DNA of 63,970 nucleotides, the filler included, from Callorhinchus milii (taxonomy: Eukaryota), in the NCBI RefSeq assembly GCF_018977255.1. It is 4 parts of 4 records of this genome, joined end to end, with 100 filler letters (N's around TTAATTAATTAA, not from the genome) between each part and the next. Parts side by side here need not be neighbours in the genome. Positions count along the whole stretch, not along the records: positions 17,691 to 23,737 come from NW_024704805.1; positions 23,838 to 44,310 come from NW_024705895.1; 2 more parts are not named here. The stretch is one strand, 5' to 3'. Below, one piece after another: positions 23,288 to 34,827 of this stretch (position 1 is the stretch's first letter; each line of letters begins with the position of its first letter). The notes beneath the pieces were generated by a model. It was not told where the DNA came from, made no database searches, and saw only the letters and a list, made by a program, of their open reading frames with translations. Position numbers and translations under genes: made by a program.

Positions 23288-24103
23288 CACAGTGATACAC
23301 ATCATAGGAAGCCTCGTACAATAACACTCATCACAACCAAAGCTGGGAAACAACACAGTACAGTCAGTGACAGACGGTGTCACAGACAATCTCCCAACTA
23401 CCACTGTGCCTTACACCTTACTGAACTCATATTAAGTCACTTAAAATACCTGAAACTTTATTCGGTGTATATTTGTTTAGTTTTCATCAACAGATATGAG
23501 ATAGGGATACATCTTTGACGGAATTTAGATGATTAGCTTGTTACAGATGTTAATAATTACGGTAATAAAAACCTAATAAAAATGTGATAGTCAATGTCCT
23601 TGATGTCGTGGCGTATCACTTCGTTGAGACGTCAAAAAGCGCTTCAGACATTACGATGTAAATTTCGTTGTATTTTGTAGTTGGATCGTCGCAACCAACA
23701 GTTTCTTTTTTAGAGTGAGAGAGAACATCAAATTCTTNNNNNNNNNNNNNNNNNNNNNNNNNNNNNNNNNNNNNNNNNNNNTTAATTAATTAANNNNNNN
23801 NNNNNNNNNNNNNNNNNNNNNNNNNNNNNNNNNNNNNACCTTTGACTTGGAGAAGGATCTGCTGCAGTGACCAGCAGTGACCAGAGTGGGGAACCTGGTT
23901 AAAGCAGCAGGGAATTAGCGTGATATGGATGATGATGGGTGAGAAGGAGGAAGGAGAATTTGGGGTAAGGGAATATAAGGTTAGTGCAATAATAGGAGCC
24001 TTATCTGTTAGGGAACTAATTGATGGGCGGCTGCGAGGGGACATAGAGGGGATAGAGGAGGCAGCTATCAGAATGGTCACTTACTGTATATCCTGTGAAA
24101 CTG

Positions 24104-24420
24104 TGGAATCCTGCATCTCAGTGGTTAGAGCACTCGCTTTGCAAGCGAGATACCTGGGTTCAATTCCAGGCAGAGGGCGAAATCTTGGGCAAGGTTCCTT
24201 ACTCCACACACAGCCTAATAATAATCCCTCCAGAAAAAAACAATAATAAAATGGTCATTTTAAATCCAGAACTGTTTGTGGGACATTGCTGTGCGCAAAA
24301 GAGCTTCGGCGTTTCGCCAACAAATATACAGTCAATTCACTTTGCAGCATAATATGTTAATCGTTTTGAGACGACTCGAACTCGTTAAAAGCGCTATATC
24401 AAAGCAAGGATTAGTATTAT
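24104..24420 (+). mobile_element. tRNA-derived SINE (tRNA-Ala-like head, L2/Deu-like 3' end)
   Basis: Head ..TCAGTGGTTAGAGCACTCGCTTTGCAAGCGAGATACCTGGGTTCAATTCC; tail AAGCGCTATATCAAAGCAAGGATTAGTATT. Many other copies, e.g. about 4668, 34296, 42784, 50218, 58140 (+) and 44530-44860, 55590-55800, 59335-59650, 63035-63375 (-). Confidence 0.85.
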
Positions 24421-25049
24421 TGTTAGTAGAATTATTGTTGTACTTAACCCCTTAACAAGTCTCAATGGCATTATAAGCTATGTTATCAAATCTCAGGATT
24501 ATTATTTATCTGTGCCAGTCTGTTTCTNNNNNNNNNNNNNNNNNNNNNNNNNNNNNNNNNNNNNNNNNNNNNNNNNNNNNNNNNNNNNNNNNNNNNNNNN
24601 NNNNNNNNNNNNNNNNNNNNNNNNNNNNNNNNNNNNNNNNNNNNNNNNNNNNNNNNNNNNNNNNNNNNNNNNNNNNNNNNNNNNNNNNNTGTCTTTCTTC
24701 GACACCTTAGGCAAGTTTCCTGACTCCGGAGGTACAAACACAAAGACACGCCTCGGTTTACATAGCAGCAACTAGGAACCTGCTTGCTTGCTAAATGCTC
24801 GCTCGCTATGCAATGGGTAATATTCCTGTAAAACATTAATGTTGAGAAGAATTGCAAAGTGCTATATCAAATGCAAGTATTATTACTATTATTATTATTA
24901 TAACCGCCTTCCTACTTACTTCCTACCGTTTTCGGAAGCCTGTGGGGTAAATAGACTTGTAAATAAACGGGAATGTTACCCAGACCTGTTTGCGAGGCCA
25001 GCGCGCTAACTGCTATGCTATGGGACAATATTATTTCCTGTCTACACAG

Positions 25050-25330
25050 CTCCAGTCTCTCAGACTAAGGCTGTGAGAGATCTCAGGTCTCTCTTCACTA
25101 TGATTCTCAAATCATCCCTTTGGAATTCCATTCCACAATCCCTTCACCTCACTACCTCTCCGCCTCCTTCAAGGCATGACTCAAGAACTTCCTGTTCGAC
25201 TGTGCCTTCAGGTCCCCCTCCAACCCTCTCCGGTCCCAGCCCTGTGCCACACCCAACCCAAACCCCAGGACCTGATCCCCGACTGTTCAGCGCATTGGGA
25301 CGTCGCCTGGCTTGAAAGGCGCTTTACAAA
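25050..25330 (+). mobile_element. L2-type LINE 3' fragment
   Basis: ..SLWNSIPQSLHLTTS.. followed by the GAAAGGCGCTTTACAAATGTAA tail. Confidence 0.65.
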
Positions 25331-25367
25331 TGTAATGCTATTCTTTATTTAAAATTTTGATTCACAG

Positions 25368-25508
25368 GAGATCATATGGCAAAGGGTTTGAACTCCAAAG
25401 GCAACGAAGTGAGTGGAGAAGAGGCCGGGAGCAGCAGATACGGTTTGAGAAAGAGGGAGAGAAGAGTTCACACTGAGGAAAGGGATCTTAGTGACGATGA
25501 ATACCTGT
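25368..25508 (+). pseudogene. PRDM9: PRDM9-like SSXRD exon (isolated relic)
   Basis: 141-nt phase-1/1 exon (TTCACAG..GTAAGT) ending RYGLRKRERRVHTEERDLSDDEYL+T, which aligns with the PRDM9 SSXRD motif [24 protein letters not shown] (recalled, not searched). Confidence 0.65.
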
Positions 25509-26829
25509 GTAAGTGAAAAATCAACCTGAGTTTCTCCGCATCAAATGCTCCGGTGCAGAATCGGGCAGATGTCAGCCGGGCTCAGTTGGTTGCCCTCTAG
25601 GCTCCGAGTTAGAAGGTTGTGGGTTTGAGCCCCACATCGCGTACAATGATCTGATAGTCTGGGTTGACACTGCAGCACAGAGCTGGGGGAGGGGGTGGGG
25701 GGCAGCGACACGTTGTCAGAGGTGCCGTCTCTCCCGGTTCCCTGCTTTAAATGGAGCTCAGGGGATAGTAGTGGGGGATGGCGGCCCAAGTCAACAACGG
25801 CAATCAAACGCTGTCAGCGGGGATGGTCAGCCTGTCCACTGCTGTGGGGAATGGGAGGACTATGGGGACTGAGGAGAGCAGCGCAGGGGGTCAATTTGGT
25901 ATTGGGAACACGTCTCTTAGTTGGAAAGACAATGATGGCCGCATTTTGGAGGGGTTGAGGGAGTGAGAGAGATTCAAAGGGGAAGGAGAGAGTTGAGAAG
26001 GGAAAGGAAGGAGGTTGTGGAAAATGCTCAATAAAGATTTAGTCGGTGGGTTTGAAATACGCGGCCGGGATGTAACATCACGCATTGTTTGGTTCAGGTC
26101 GGAGACATTAAGTAGCTGCCACCGAAGAGCACCCTCGCTCCCCTCCCCACTACAAGCCAAGACCCGCCACAGCCCACTACCCGCAGTGACGCCACCGCGA
26201 TACATTGTCATAGACCCCGAACTTTTAAGCTAAAGACACTCTGCGCCTTTCCAGACAGATAGTAAAGATCCTATGGGAGTAATGGATATCACCTTATCAC
26301 GTCATCAGGACGTCGCAGATCTTATCAGAGCGTCTCACTGCCAAGTGTATTGACTACAAAAAAAACAATAAAAAATACATTTGCATGACATCTTTCACAT
26401 CGGGTGGACGTACCAAGATGAACAGCAATGTGTCCCAAACATGTAGTAACTGATAAATTTTGTCTGGGATATTGTCTGCCGGGAAACTGTGGTGGGACTG
26501 AGAGAAACTCGCTTCTCTTTTGGAATCATGTCTATGGGATCTTTACTGTCCACCTGAACAGACATGGCTGGGAATCTCATTACAACATTTCATCTGAAGC
26601 ACAGCACCTCCTCCAATGGAAAACTTTTTCCGCATTAATATAAGTTTCTCCCTGTGTCCCAGCCAGTCTTCAACTGCACTGCTCATGCAGTCGCCTCACG
26701 GCTGTTTGTGGGTAGTTGCTGCCGTCAGAAACTGACGTTGTCAAAAAGTGATCAGCATGAAGGGCGGTATACAAATGCAAGCTGCTATTGACCTTACAGT
26801 TGGCAGCAAATAATGTAAAACTTTGAGAT

Positions 26830-27541
26830 TATCAGGTGCTGTACAAGTGCAAGGAATCAATCGCAATTTGCTCAATAGTAATTCGTAAAGAAAGCTCATA
26901 CACTGCTTACTCAGATCTTTCTTTTCTCCCATCAGCACCCAAAGTTGATAATTCTGAGGCTCATTCCTGGCCTCATGCTCGCGTTGTGTTGACTCGTGTC
27001 GAGTTCCTCCAGAAACACAGCAGAAGACTTCCCGAGTTCCATAAAGGGACATCAACAACGCAGAGTACTTGTAACGCAAATGATGCTTTGCAGCAGAGCG
27101 AGTGTCAGGAAACTATCGAATTTCATGTTGAAGAAAACCGAGTCTCGCAAATAGGATCTCTACAGGGTCACAAGCAATCGGTCTCAGAAGACAGACTGTA
27201 TAAAAGTTCCTGATGTGGTGAGACTTTCATACATTCCGAACACCTCAAGAGACACCAGCGATCACACCGAGGAAAGCATCTGTGTAATTGTGTGGAATGT
27301 GGGCAGTTTCACAAGGTCAGGCAGTCTGCAGATACACCATCGATCACACTCAGGAGGGAGACCATATAAATGTGCTGAGTGTGGAAAGAATTTGACAACT
27401 TCAAGAGAAGTCCAGAGACACCAACAATCACAGAAAGGAGAGAAACCATATACATGTGCAGAATGTGGAAAGAGTTTCAGGTTATCATGGAGACTCAAGA
27501 GATACCAGCGATCACACACAGGAGAGTGTCTAAATACGTGA
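26830..27541 (+). pseudogene. Decayed C2H2 zinc-finger array (about 4 fingers), likely the terminal exon of the PRDM9-like relic
   Basis: ..S*CGETFIHSEHLKRHQRSH..; YKCAECGKNLTTSREVQRHQQSQKGEKPYTCAECGKSFRLSWRLKRYQRSHTGE; stop codon, frameshift and lost His residues. Confidence 0.75.
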
Positions 27542-27810
27542 TAAGTCACGAAATCAAATACAAGGATTATTCATTTTTTATAACGTTTTTGTTATGGTTA
27601 ATAATAACTTTTAACAAATATTTATCACAATTTGCTGTCTAAAAGTGAAGAACAATCCAACAGTAAGTAAATTACCAATATTTTTTAAGATACGGTGGAA
27701 GTTGTGAGAGAGTCTGTTACACTGTCTCTCACTAACTGTACTGTATTGTTTCCAGCGTTGGTTGTGATGAGGGTTATTGTACGAGGTTTCCTATGATGTG
27801 TATCACTGTG

Positions 27811-28110
27811 GTGCAGACTGAGTGCACAGTGATACATAGCGGAGTCTGTCAGCCGCAGGCCGGCGATGGTTAAAATGCTGATTTTCTTGGCAGTGTCAAG
27901 AGAAGCAGAAATATGACCTCCAGTGGGTTTCCTCCCTCTCCTGAGGGTTTTCTGTGGAGCAGGTATTCCAGTGTCTCACCATGGGACTGACGGTACCAGG
28001 AGACGCTGAAGTCCTGACCGCAGTATCCTGAATATTGGCAATGTACATTTATCATCTCACCAGCAAAAGCAGTTTGTTCAGGCGGTGACTGGGAAACTGA
28101 AACCTCGATC
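27811..28110 (-). pseudogene. Supporting V-delta pseudogene (cassette 2)
   Basis: Two 1-bp deletions relative to the 302-nt intact copies (near the 5' end and at GGNP); 23-RSS retained. Confidence 0.85.
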
Positions 28111-28540
28111 CTACAGAAGGCACATTAAAAGTCACATATCATCATGGAATTATGAAAGTTAACCACAGAAGTAGGCCATTCGACCCATTTTGTTTGAGCC
28201 AGCTTTCTGAAGAACTGTCCCACCAATTCAACTCCCACGAGTTTTTCACATTACCTTGTACTTTATTCCCCTTCTGAAATTTATTATCGAATCTGCTTCC
28301 AGCTCCCTTTCACAGATTGCAAATAAATCCTCATTATCTACCCTCGTGTTGTTTAATCTTACAAATAGGTTCTAATTACCGAACCACTGGCGAGTGGAAC
28401 ACATTTTAATCGTCAACTGGTTTGTTGAAATGGCTCAGTTGTATATATTTGGAGTAGTGACTTCGAAATAAAGCATTTTACTAATTCATGTGAATAAAAT
28501 TGATGTGAACTGCAAATTTGCAGATGTATTTCTCACTTAC

Positions 28541-28588
28541 TTCGGTTACTTTTGGGTGGTGATCATCTTCGGTATATTCTTTATCCAC
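28541..28588 (-). pseudogene. NAR-TCR J pseudogene (cassette 2)
   Basis: EYTEDDHHPKVTE instead of EYTEDGSGTKVTVTK; donor in phase 0; heptamer position reads CAGCATC; nonamer intact at 28619-28627. Confidence 0.75.
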
Positions 28589-28963
28589 CAGCATCACACG
28601 GCTCTCAATCTACAAGGTGCAAAAACTGTGCAATCAGTTCATGGTGTATACAGTCACCAATAACATCATTTGATTTCAAATTGGTCATTAATTGCTATCA
28701 CTCCACACTGTCCCATCTTCCAATATTTGGTGCTTCCAAATCATGTTTAATTTCGATATTATTTCCACCCAAACACAGACAAAGTGCACGGCAATAAGAA
28801 CATTTTTTCTATAAATCTCCAGCAAACATCTGCTAGAAGTAATATATTTCGAAAGCAAAATTTCAACACATTGAACAACGCAGAATAGGACACCATCATC
28901 AGTGACACGCCCGATGCATTTACAAGTAAATAACGGTATTTTGTGCTGATGTTTTCCAGTGTG

Positions 28964-28977
28964 CCTTCCCCAGCCAA
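28964..28977 (-). other. NAR-TCR D segment (TTGGCTGGGGAAGG), RSS about 12-13/12
   Basis: CAATGTG before and CACACTG-12-ACAAAATAC after. Confidence 0.82.
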
Positions 28978-29369
28978 CACATTGTTTCACCGTCAACATA
29001 AAAAGCAATGGTTTGAAGAAACAATTAAAATGTTTCCTGCCATTTAAAAATGATCAATCAGTGATATATCTGTAAAGTTCTTTAGTATATTGTCCATGGA
29101 GGTCTTTGCACGATGTGTGTCTTGGTAATAAATTGCTACTTACATGAATCCAAGAAAAGCTCTTACGTCAGGTTCATACTCACTCACTTTTCCTAAGTAT
29201 TCTTAAACAATAGTCGTTTCCTGAAGGAAGTGCTATTACACATCATTGTGCATCACATACCAGCGAGGAATGTGTATTGAAACATTGAGGAGTTCACATT
29301 CTCTGTGATTTTCCTGTGAGTTGATGAAGGGGTTTTTTGTATTGTCGGAAGCCCTGATACAGCACTGTG

Positions 29370-30096
29370 GTATACACGTATCGAGCTGTACATCTGTAGT
29401 CAGCGCTGTCTTCCACTTTCAAATCATTAATTTCCAGAGAAGACGACTTCGATCCCGTGTCTGTCTTCACAACAAACCTTCCTTCACGAGGGATGGGATT
29501 CCAGTTTGCCCCCTTTCCAAATTGCATAAAAAATTCCATGTTCATGAAACTATCATAGTACCCTTCTTCAAAGACACAGCTGATGGTCAAAGCCTCGCAT
29601 TCTTCTTTCCTAAGAGAGGATGGGGTCTGCTTTACTGAGGCACTGAAAACATCTGAAAATTATACACAGCATAACATCAGTCAAAAACGTCTGCAATGCT
29701 GTCCGCTTCTATAACATTTACATCCCAAGCTTTGGCTTGATATTGATTGATATCAATTAACATAATATAATCCCGATGTAAAATGTCATTATAATATCAA
29801 TTCATATAAATAATTTAATATATAATATAATTATCAGAATATAATTAATACCAATTCCCTGTCTAATTCCCGCCACAAACAACGTAGTTATTTCACTTCA
29901 CAATATATTCCGAGAACAACCTTAAAACGTCTCATCGAAGTGATAAAGCAATATATCAACGCAAGGATCATTACTATAATTATTATACCGCATATTGTTA
30001 GGATGATATTCACTGGTCCTGTGTAGTGCTGTGTTATGGAAACAAACACTTACATTGTAAGAAGAGGAAGGAGATGGAGATACAGAGGAGAGGCAT
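29370..30096 (-). CDS. NAR-TCR leader + V (cassette 2), open reading frame
   Basis: Leader 30096-30054 MPLLCISISFLFLQ, GTAAGT. V 29652-29370 DVFSASVKQTPSSLRKEECEALTISCVFEEGYYDSFMNMEFFMQ..DSADYRCTARYVY. RSS CACAGTG-22-ACAAAAAAC. Confidence 0.9.
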
Positions 30097-32170
30097 TCTC
30101 TCACCGCTGAGAGACACCGTCAGCCCCGGACACCTCAGAGTGACTGTGATTAACACAGAGCTGTTCTGTGACTGAGAGCAGAAGGCGGAAGACGAGGCTT
30201 TTTTGTTGGATTTTGACCACTCAGTTAGGAATGAATGGACAATTGACGTGGAGCCAATGAGAGGAAGTCAATAAACTGACAGTGGGAACGGGACAAAGTC
30301 TGCGTGATGGGGCTCCTCAACGACATAATAAGGTACAATTTGAAAATTAAAACTTATTATTTATCTGTGGCTCGGCCAATCTGTCCGTCTGTCTGACTGT
30401 CTTTCTTTGAAACCTTAGGACCATTTCCTTTCTCAACACACACATATATACACACACATACACACACACTCACACACACACACCTCTGTCTATCTGGCAG
30501 TAAGTGGGAACCCGCTTGGTTGTTAAATGTTGATTCGCTTGGCATGGGCAAAAATCCCAGCATCATAATAATAATTTGGTTGATTAATCCATGACCTGTT
30601 TGTGGGACGCCGCGTTTTGTAGGCGAAATGCACCAAATGTTTGGCGTCGTTTTGCCCACCAAACATACAGTCACTACGCTTTACTATATATTATGTGAAG
30701 CGCTTTGTGACGGTATGGATGACATGATGAGGCGTTGTATAAAATGCAAGGAGTGTTATTATAATTAATTGTTTTCGCAAACGTCACTGTCCTTGAACGT
30801 TGACCTGATTTAGAGGGTGTAAAGAGAAGCTGATTACCGGTGTTATCAGAAGTTTGCGATTATTTCCCTTCTTGAACGATGGACTTGGAGGGCGAAGCAG
30901 TTTGTCGCTGTATGTGACAGAAAGGTAATAGTTTTATGATTGAAGCCAGTTTTTCGCTGATAAACATGCTAACGCTTGCATAATATATTGATCGATATCA
31001 TGACTCAAAACTCTTCACAAATTATATTGAACAGTTGGTTGACTTTACATATTATTGGTAAATTGAATCGGATAATTGTGCGTAGCAGTGTCCCACAGTG
31101 AGTAGTGGATTGAGGGACGGAATTCACATTTTACTTATGTATTTACGGACTTTTTAAATAAAATAATATATTTGGATTATTCAGCCCCCGGTAAGCGATC
31201 CGCCAATGGACTGACAAGTATGTTCCAACTTACTGTTAGTTAAACGAAGTCATGTACAGAGAAATGAATCTTACCTGGGAATCCAATCCTGCACGGCCCA
31301 TGTCCTCTGTGTTGCTGTAACCATTAATCTACAGGACTCCGCATTGCTTACATTGCTATGTGCTTATGAGGAGTGCTCCCGATGTGTAATCCGCTGCATA
31401 AAATTCACTATTATTGTATTGTTGATGGCGGCATCTAATGGTGTTTCAGAAGAATGTCAGTGCCTGTGTTGTCTCGGGATGAGTTTATTGGTGAAACAAG
31501 CAAATTGGTTTAGATTTACACCCATTGAGAGCAGACACGAAGCCGTGCACCATCAATATTTCTCACGGATAAACACACTCCATCTGAGCAACCACCTCTT
31601 CAACCACCGCTTCCCAACGTCTTTCCTCCTTTTTCCCAGGAAGTTCCCCAGCTACCCACCACCCCAGCTACCACCCCCTCCTCCCAGCTCACCATCTACA
31701 GTTCCCAACCTGCCCAGCTCTTACCACACGCTCTCACCTCCTCCAAAACACCCAACCCATCCACCCCACCAATGATATGGAATTCATTCTTCTTCCTTAC
31801 AGTCAAACGAAAAATATTCAACAACGACTACAAAAACAACTTGGATTTATATTGGGCCCTCCATTCCGGAGGACGTCTCAAATTTTCCAAATGGGTTGGT
31901 ATTGTTGCATTTGCAGAGCACAGTTAATCAACAGAAGTGTGGACTGCTGTAGCTAACTGCCTGTCAACTTTACTCTCAGCAGTTACTGTGACACATAATT
32001 ATGTGGATCTTCGGCAGACAGACTGAATTGTGGTGGATGTGGCTTCCCCTGAAGCTCGCTGCACACAAAGATTGAGTCTGAACACGCACAGGGTTGATCA
32101 GATAGCCAGACCAAGCTCAGAATGCCAGTTTAGTTATTGTACGAGGCTGTGGTTGGTTCCCATCACTGTG

Positions 32171-32489
32171 GTGATATAGGGAGAGACAGCAAAGTGATAC
32201 ACAGCGCTGTCAGACATCAGCAGCTCAGAGATGGATAATCTGGTGACAGATTGGGAAGCGTCAAGCTGAGAAGTGAAACGATATCCAATTCCATCTCCTT
32301 TCCTTTCCTCTTCGTAACGTGAATATTTTCGCACTATAAATTGTGGCTGATTGTCTGGGTAATGTCGGTACCAGAAGAGATAGTAATAGCTTTCATTCGT
32401 GGAATAGGTACGTTCAAAAGTCACGTTTCCTCCCTCTTTCTTAAGCATCACGGCACCTTTCTGACTGACAGGGTCCCCCCGGCAGAGTT
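32171..32489 (-). pseudogene. TCR alpha/delta V with both canonical Cys lost (open frame, intact RSS)
   Basis: LCRGDPVSQKGAVMLKKEGGNVTFERTY..WYRH..SDSAVYHFAVSPYI; CACAGTG-23-ACAATAACT; no convincing leader found. Confidence 0.75.
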
Positions 32490-33969
32490 CTGAAATAAAC
32501 ATGGAAGATAACGACATTATATGATTAAAAATTTGCCTGAATTAATTTCTCAGCGCCTTGTGACGTTATCCTGATGAGAAAGATTCCATGTAGACTTCAA
32601 TTGTAATAAAGTAACAGTAATAATCACTGTGTTTAACATATCGGATTATCACATTGTTGGGAATTCTGAAAACGCTCCAAACAATATTACTGTAAAGTGA
32701 ATTGCTGAGTATTTTTATTGGCGAAAGGCTGCAGCCATTGCGCAAGGAGTGTCCCACAATTAGACGTGGACTGGGTTGTCATATTTTATTTTTAATTCTG
32801 TGAGGCCTTTATTATTCGCGGTAAAGCGATCCGCCAATCCAGTAAAAAGGTTTGAGAAATTATCATTATTTGGAAGTTATTATTAGCACATTGTGTTCAA
32901 AAGGTAATGAAGGAAACAGTGTCGATCTTGTTAATAGAAGACCACAGACTTGTGAATGGACAAGGTTTCGCCCTGTCCTGTCCGGGAATCGAACCCACGT
33001 CCTCTCACTTGAGAGGCGAGTGCTGTAACAACTGAGCTACAGACTTCCCTCCAACAAATGTTGTTGTAATGGAGCTCACCATCAGCAGCAATACGGAATC
33101 AGCTCAACAGGGCCTGACCTGACATGAAGGTTCCCAGCACCAGACAGACAGCAAACAGCCTCATTGCTGCTCTTCAGTCTGTGTGGTGGTGTCTGTGCCA
33201 TCAGTTTGCTGATAACCCGCAGTGATTGTCGGCATTGGCGGAGCCACAGTCTCACGTCACCTCATTGGCATCTCAGCCGCGTTTCAATACAGTATCCAAT
33301 TGCTTTCAGAAAGCGGTTTTCACCAGTCACAGGGGAAGGGAATCCTCCCTTCAGCTCCTGGTAACAACGAAGGCCATAGCCCTAACTAGTAGACTGATCA
33401 TCAAAATAAAATAACAATAATCGTTCAATTTGATGTAGGATATTATCACATTTTCCAGAAGACCGAAAGCGTTTCACATAATCTATTACATAGTGTAGTG
33501 ACTTTGTATTTTGTGAGCGTATCAAGGCATACGATTGCGCACAGCAGTGTACAATAGATAGACGTGGATTGAGTGACCAAATTGTTTACCCCTTATTAAT
33601 CTTTTAAGGGAAATATTAACGGCGGAATAGGAATCCGCCAGTCAGGTTCATATCTACTGCTCGCTAAACGGCGGTTTGTGCAGTAAGGAAACTTGCCCAA
33701 CATTTCGCCCTATCGGGAATCGAACACCTGTCCCTCGCATGCGAGGTATGTGCTCTAACCACGGTTATTGCATAAACAGTTGAGTTCATGGGATCATTGA
33801 GTTGGTTGTTTGACAGTCAGATGAGCCGTCAATGTAATGTTCTCTTTGTGTCTCTGTCTGGTTTCCTTTCCTACAGGCAATCGCTGCTGCGGCCTAGAGA
33901 GACAGAAGCACAAACCCACTAAACGCTGATAGTTTTTGTACGAGTCTCTGTCTTGTTCCCATCACTGTG

Positions 33970-34827
33970 TGGTTGGAGAGCACAGTAATACACAGCGCTG
34001 TCAGACAGCTCCAACAGGGAGATGGATAAACTGCTGAATTTTGTCGAGGTTTGGAGCTCAATAGAGAACCGCTTTTTAGCAAAGTCTGCTTTATCTGTAT
34101 AACCACCCGAATACTTTTGAAGCACATACTGTAGTTGTGTTTCTTGTTGTTCCCGATACCAGTTTAAATAGTAGCTGCTCAGAGACGTATCATAATGACA
34201 TTCCATGGTCACACTTCCTCCTTCTTTCCCAATCACTGAAGCCACCTTCTGTGTCACAGCGTCTCCCTGGGTCAGGCCTGGAAGACAAGAACGTGGAGTC
34301 CTGTAGCTCAGTGGTTAGAGCGGTCGCCTCGTAAGAGATACGACCCGGGTTCGATTCTCGGAGAGGACAGGGCACAATCTTAAGCAAATTTCCTTAACGC
34401 ACTCTCCTCTGGTTAACCAACGCTAAGTAGAAATCTGTTGGTTAAACAATTAGCTGATCCCTATCCGGGAAGAATATTCCGTTGAAAAAGAAAATAAAAG
34501 ACATTTTTGAAATGTAGTCAGTGAATCGTTGATTATTTGGGGGACACTACTGTGCGCAATTGGCTACCGAGTCTCCCTCACGAAACAGAAAGTCTCTGCA
34601 GTTGACAGTATATTACTTGAAGCGCCTTGAGACTGCTCGAAAACATATTGAAGCGCCATATAAAACGCGATTACAATGATTATTATGTTTAATAATATAA
34701 GCAGAAAAGGAAACCGATTCAGTTAAATGATTTTAAAAAATAACTGAAAGATGTATAATTCTTATAATAAATTACCTATTAAAATGGCAGCGAGAACCAG
34801 ACACAAACCGGTTCCCTCCAACCCCAT
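33970..34827 (-). CDS. Conventional TCR alpha/delta V gene with leader, apparently functional
   Basis: Leader 34827-34776 MGLEGTGLCLVLAAILI+G, donor GTAATT. V 34277-33970 GLTQGDAVTQKVASVIGKEGGSVTMECHY..WYREQ..SDSAVYYCALQP. CACAGTG-23-ACAAAAACT. SINE in the intron. Confidence 0.88.

Noticed and set aside
32590-32640. Candidate leader MLNTVIITVTLLQ for the Cys-less V
   Set aside because: Donor is not GT, and phase-1 splicing would create TAA
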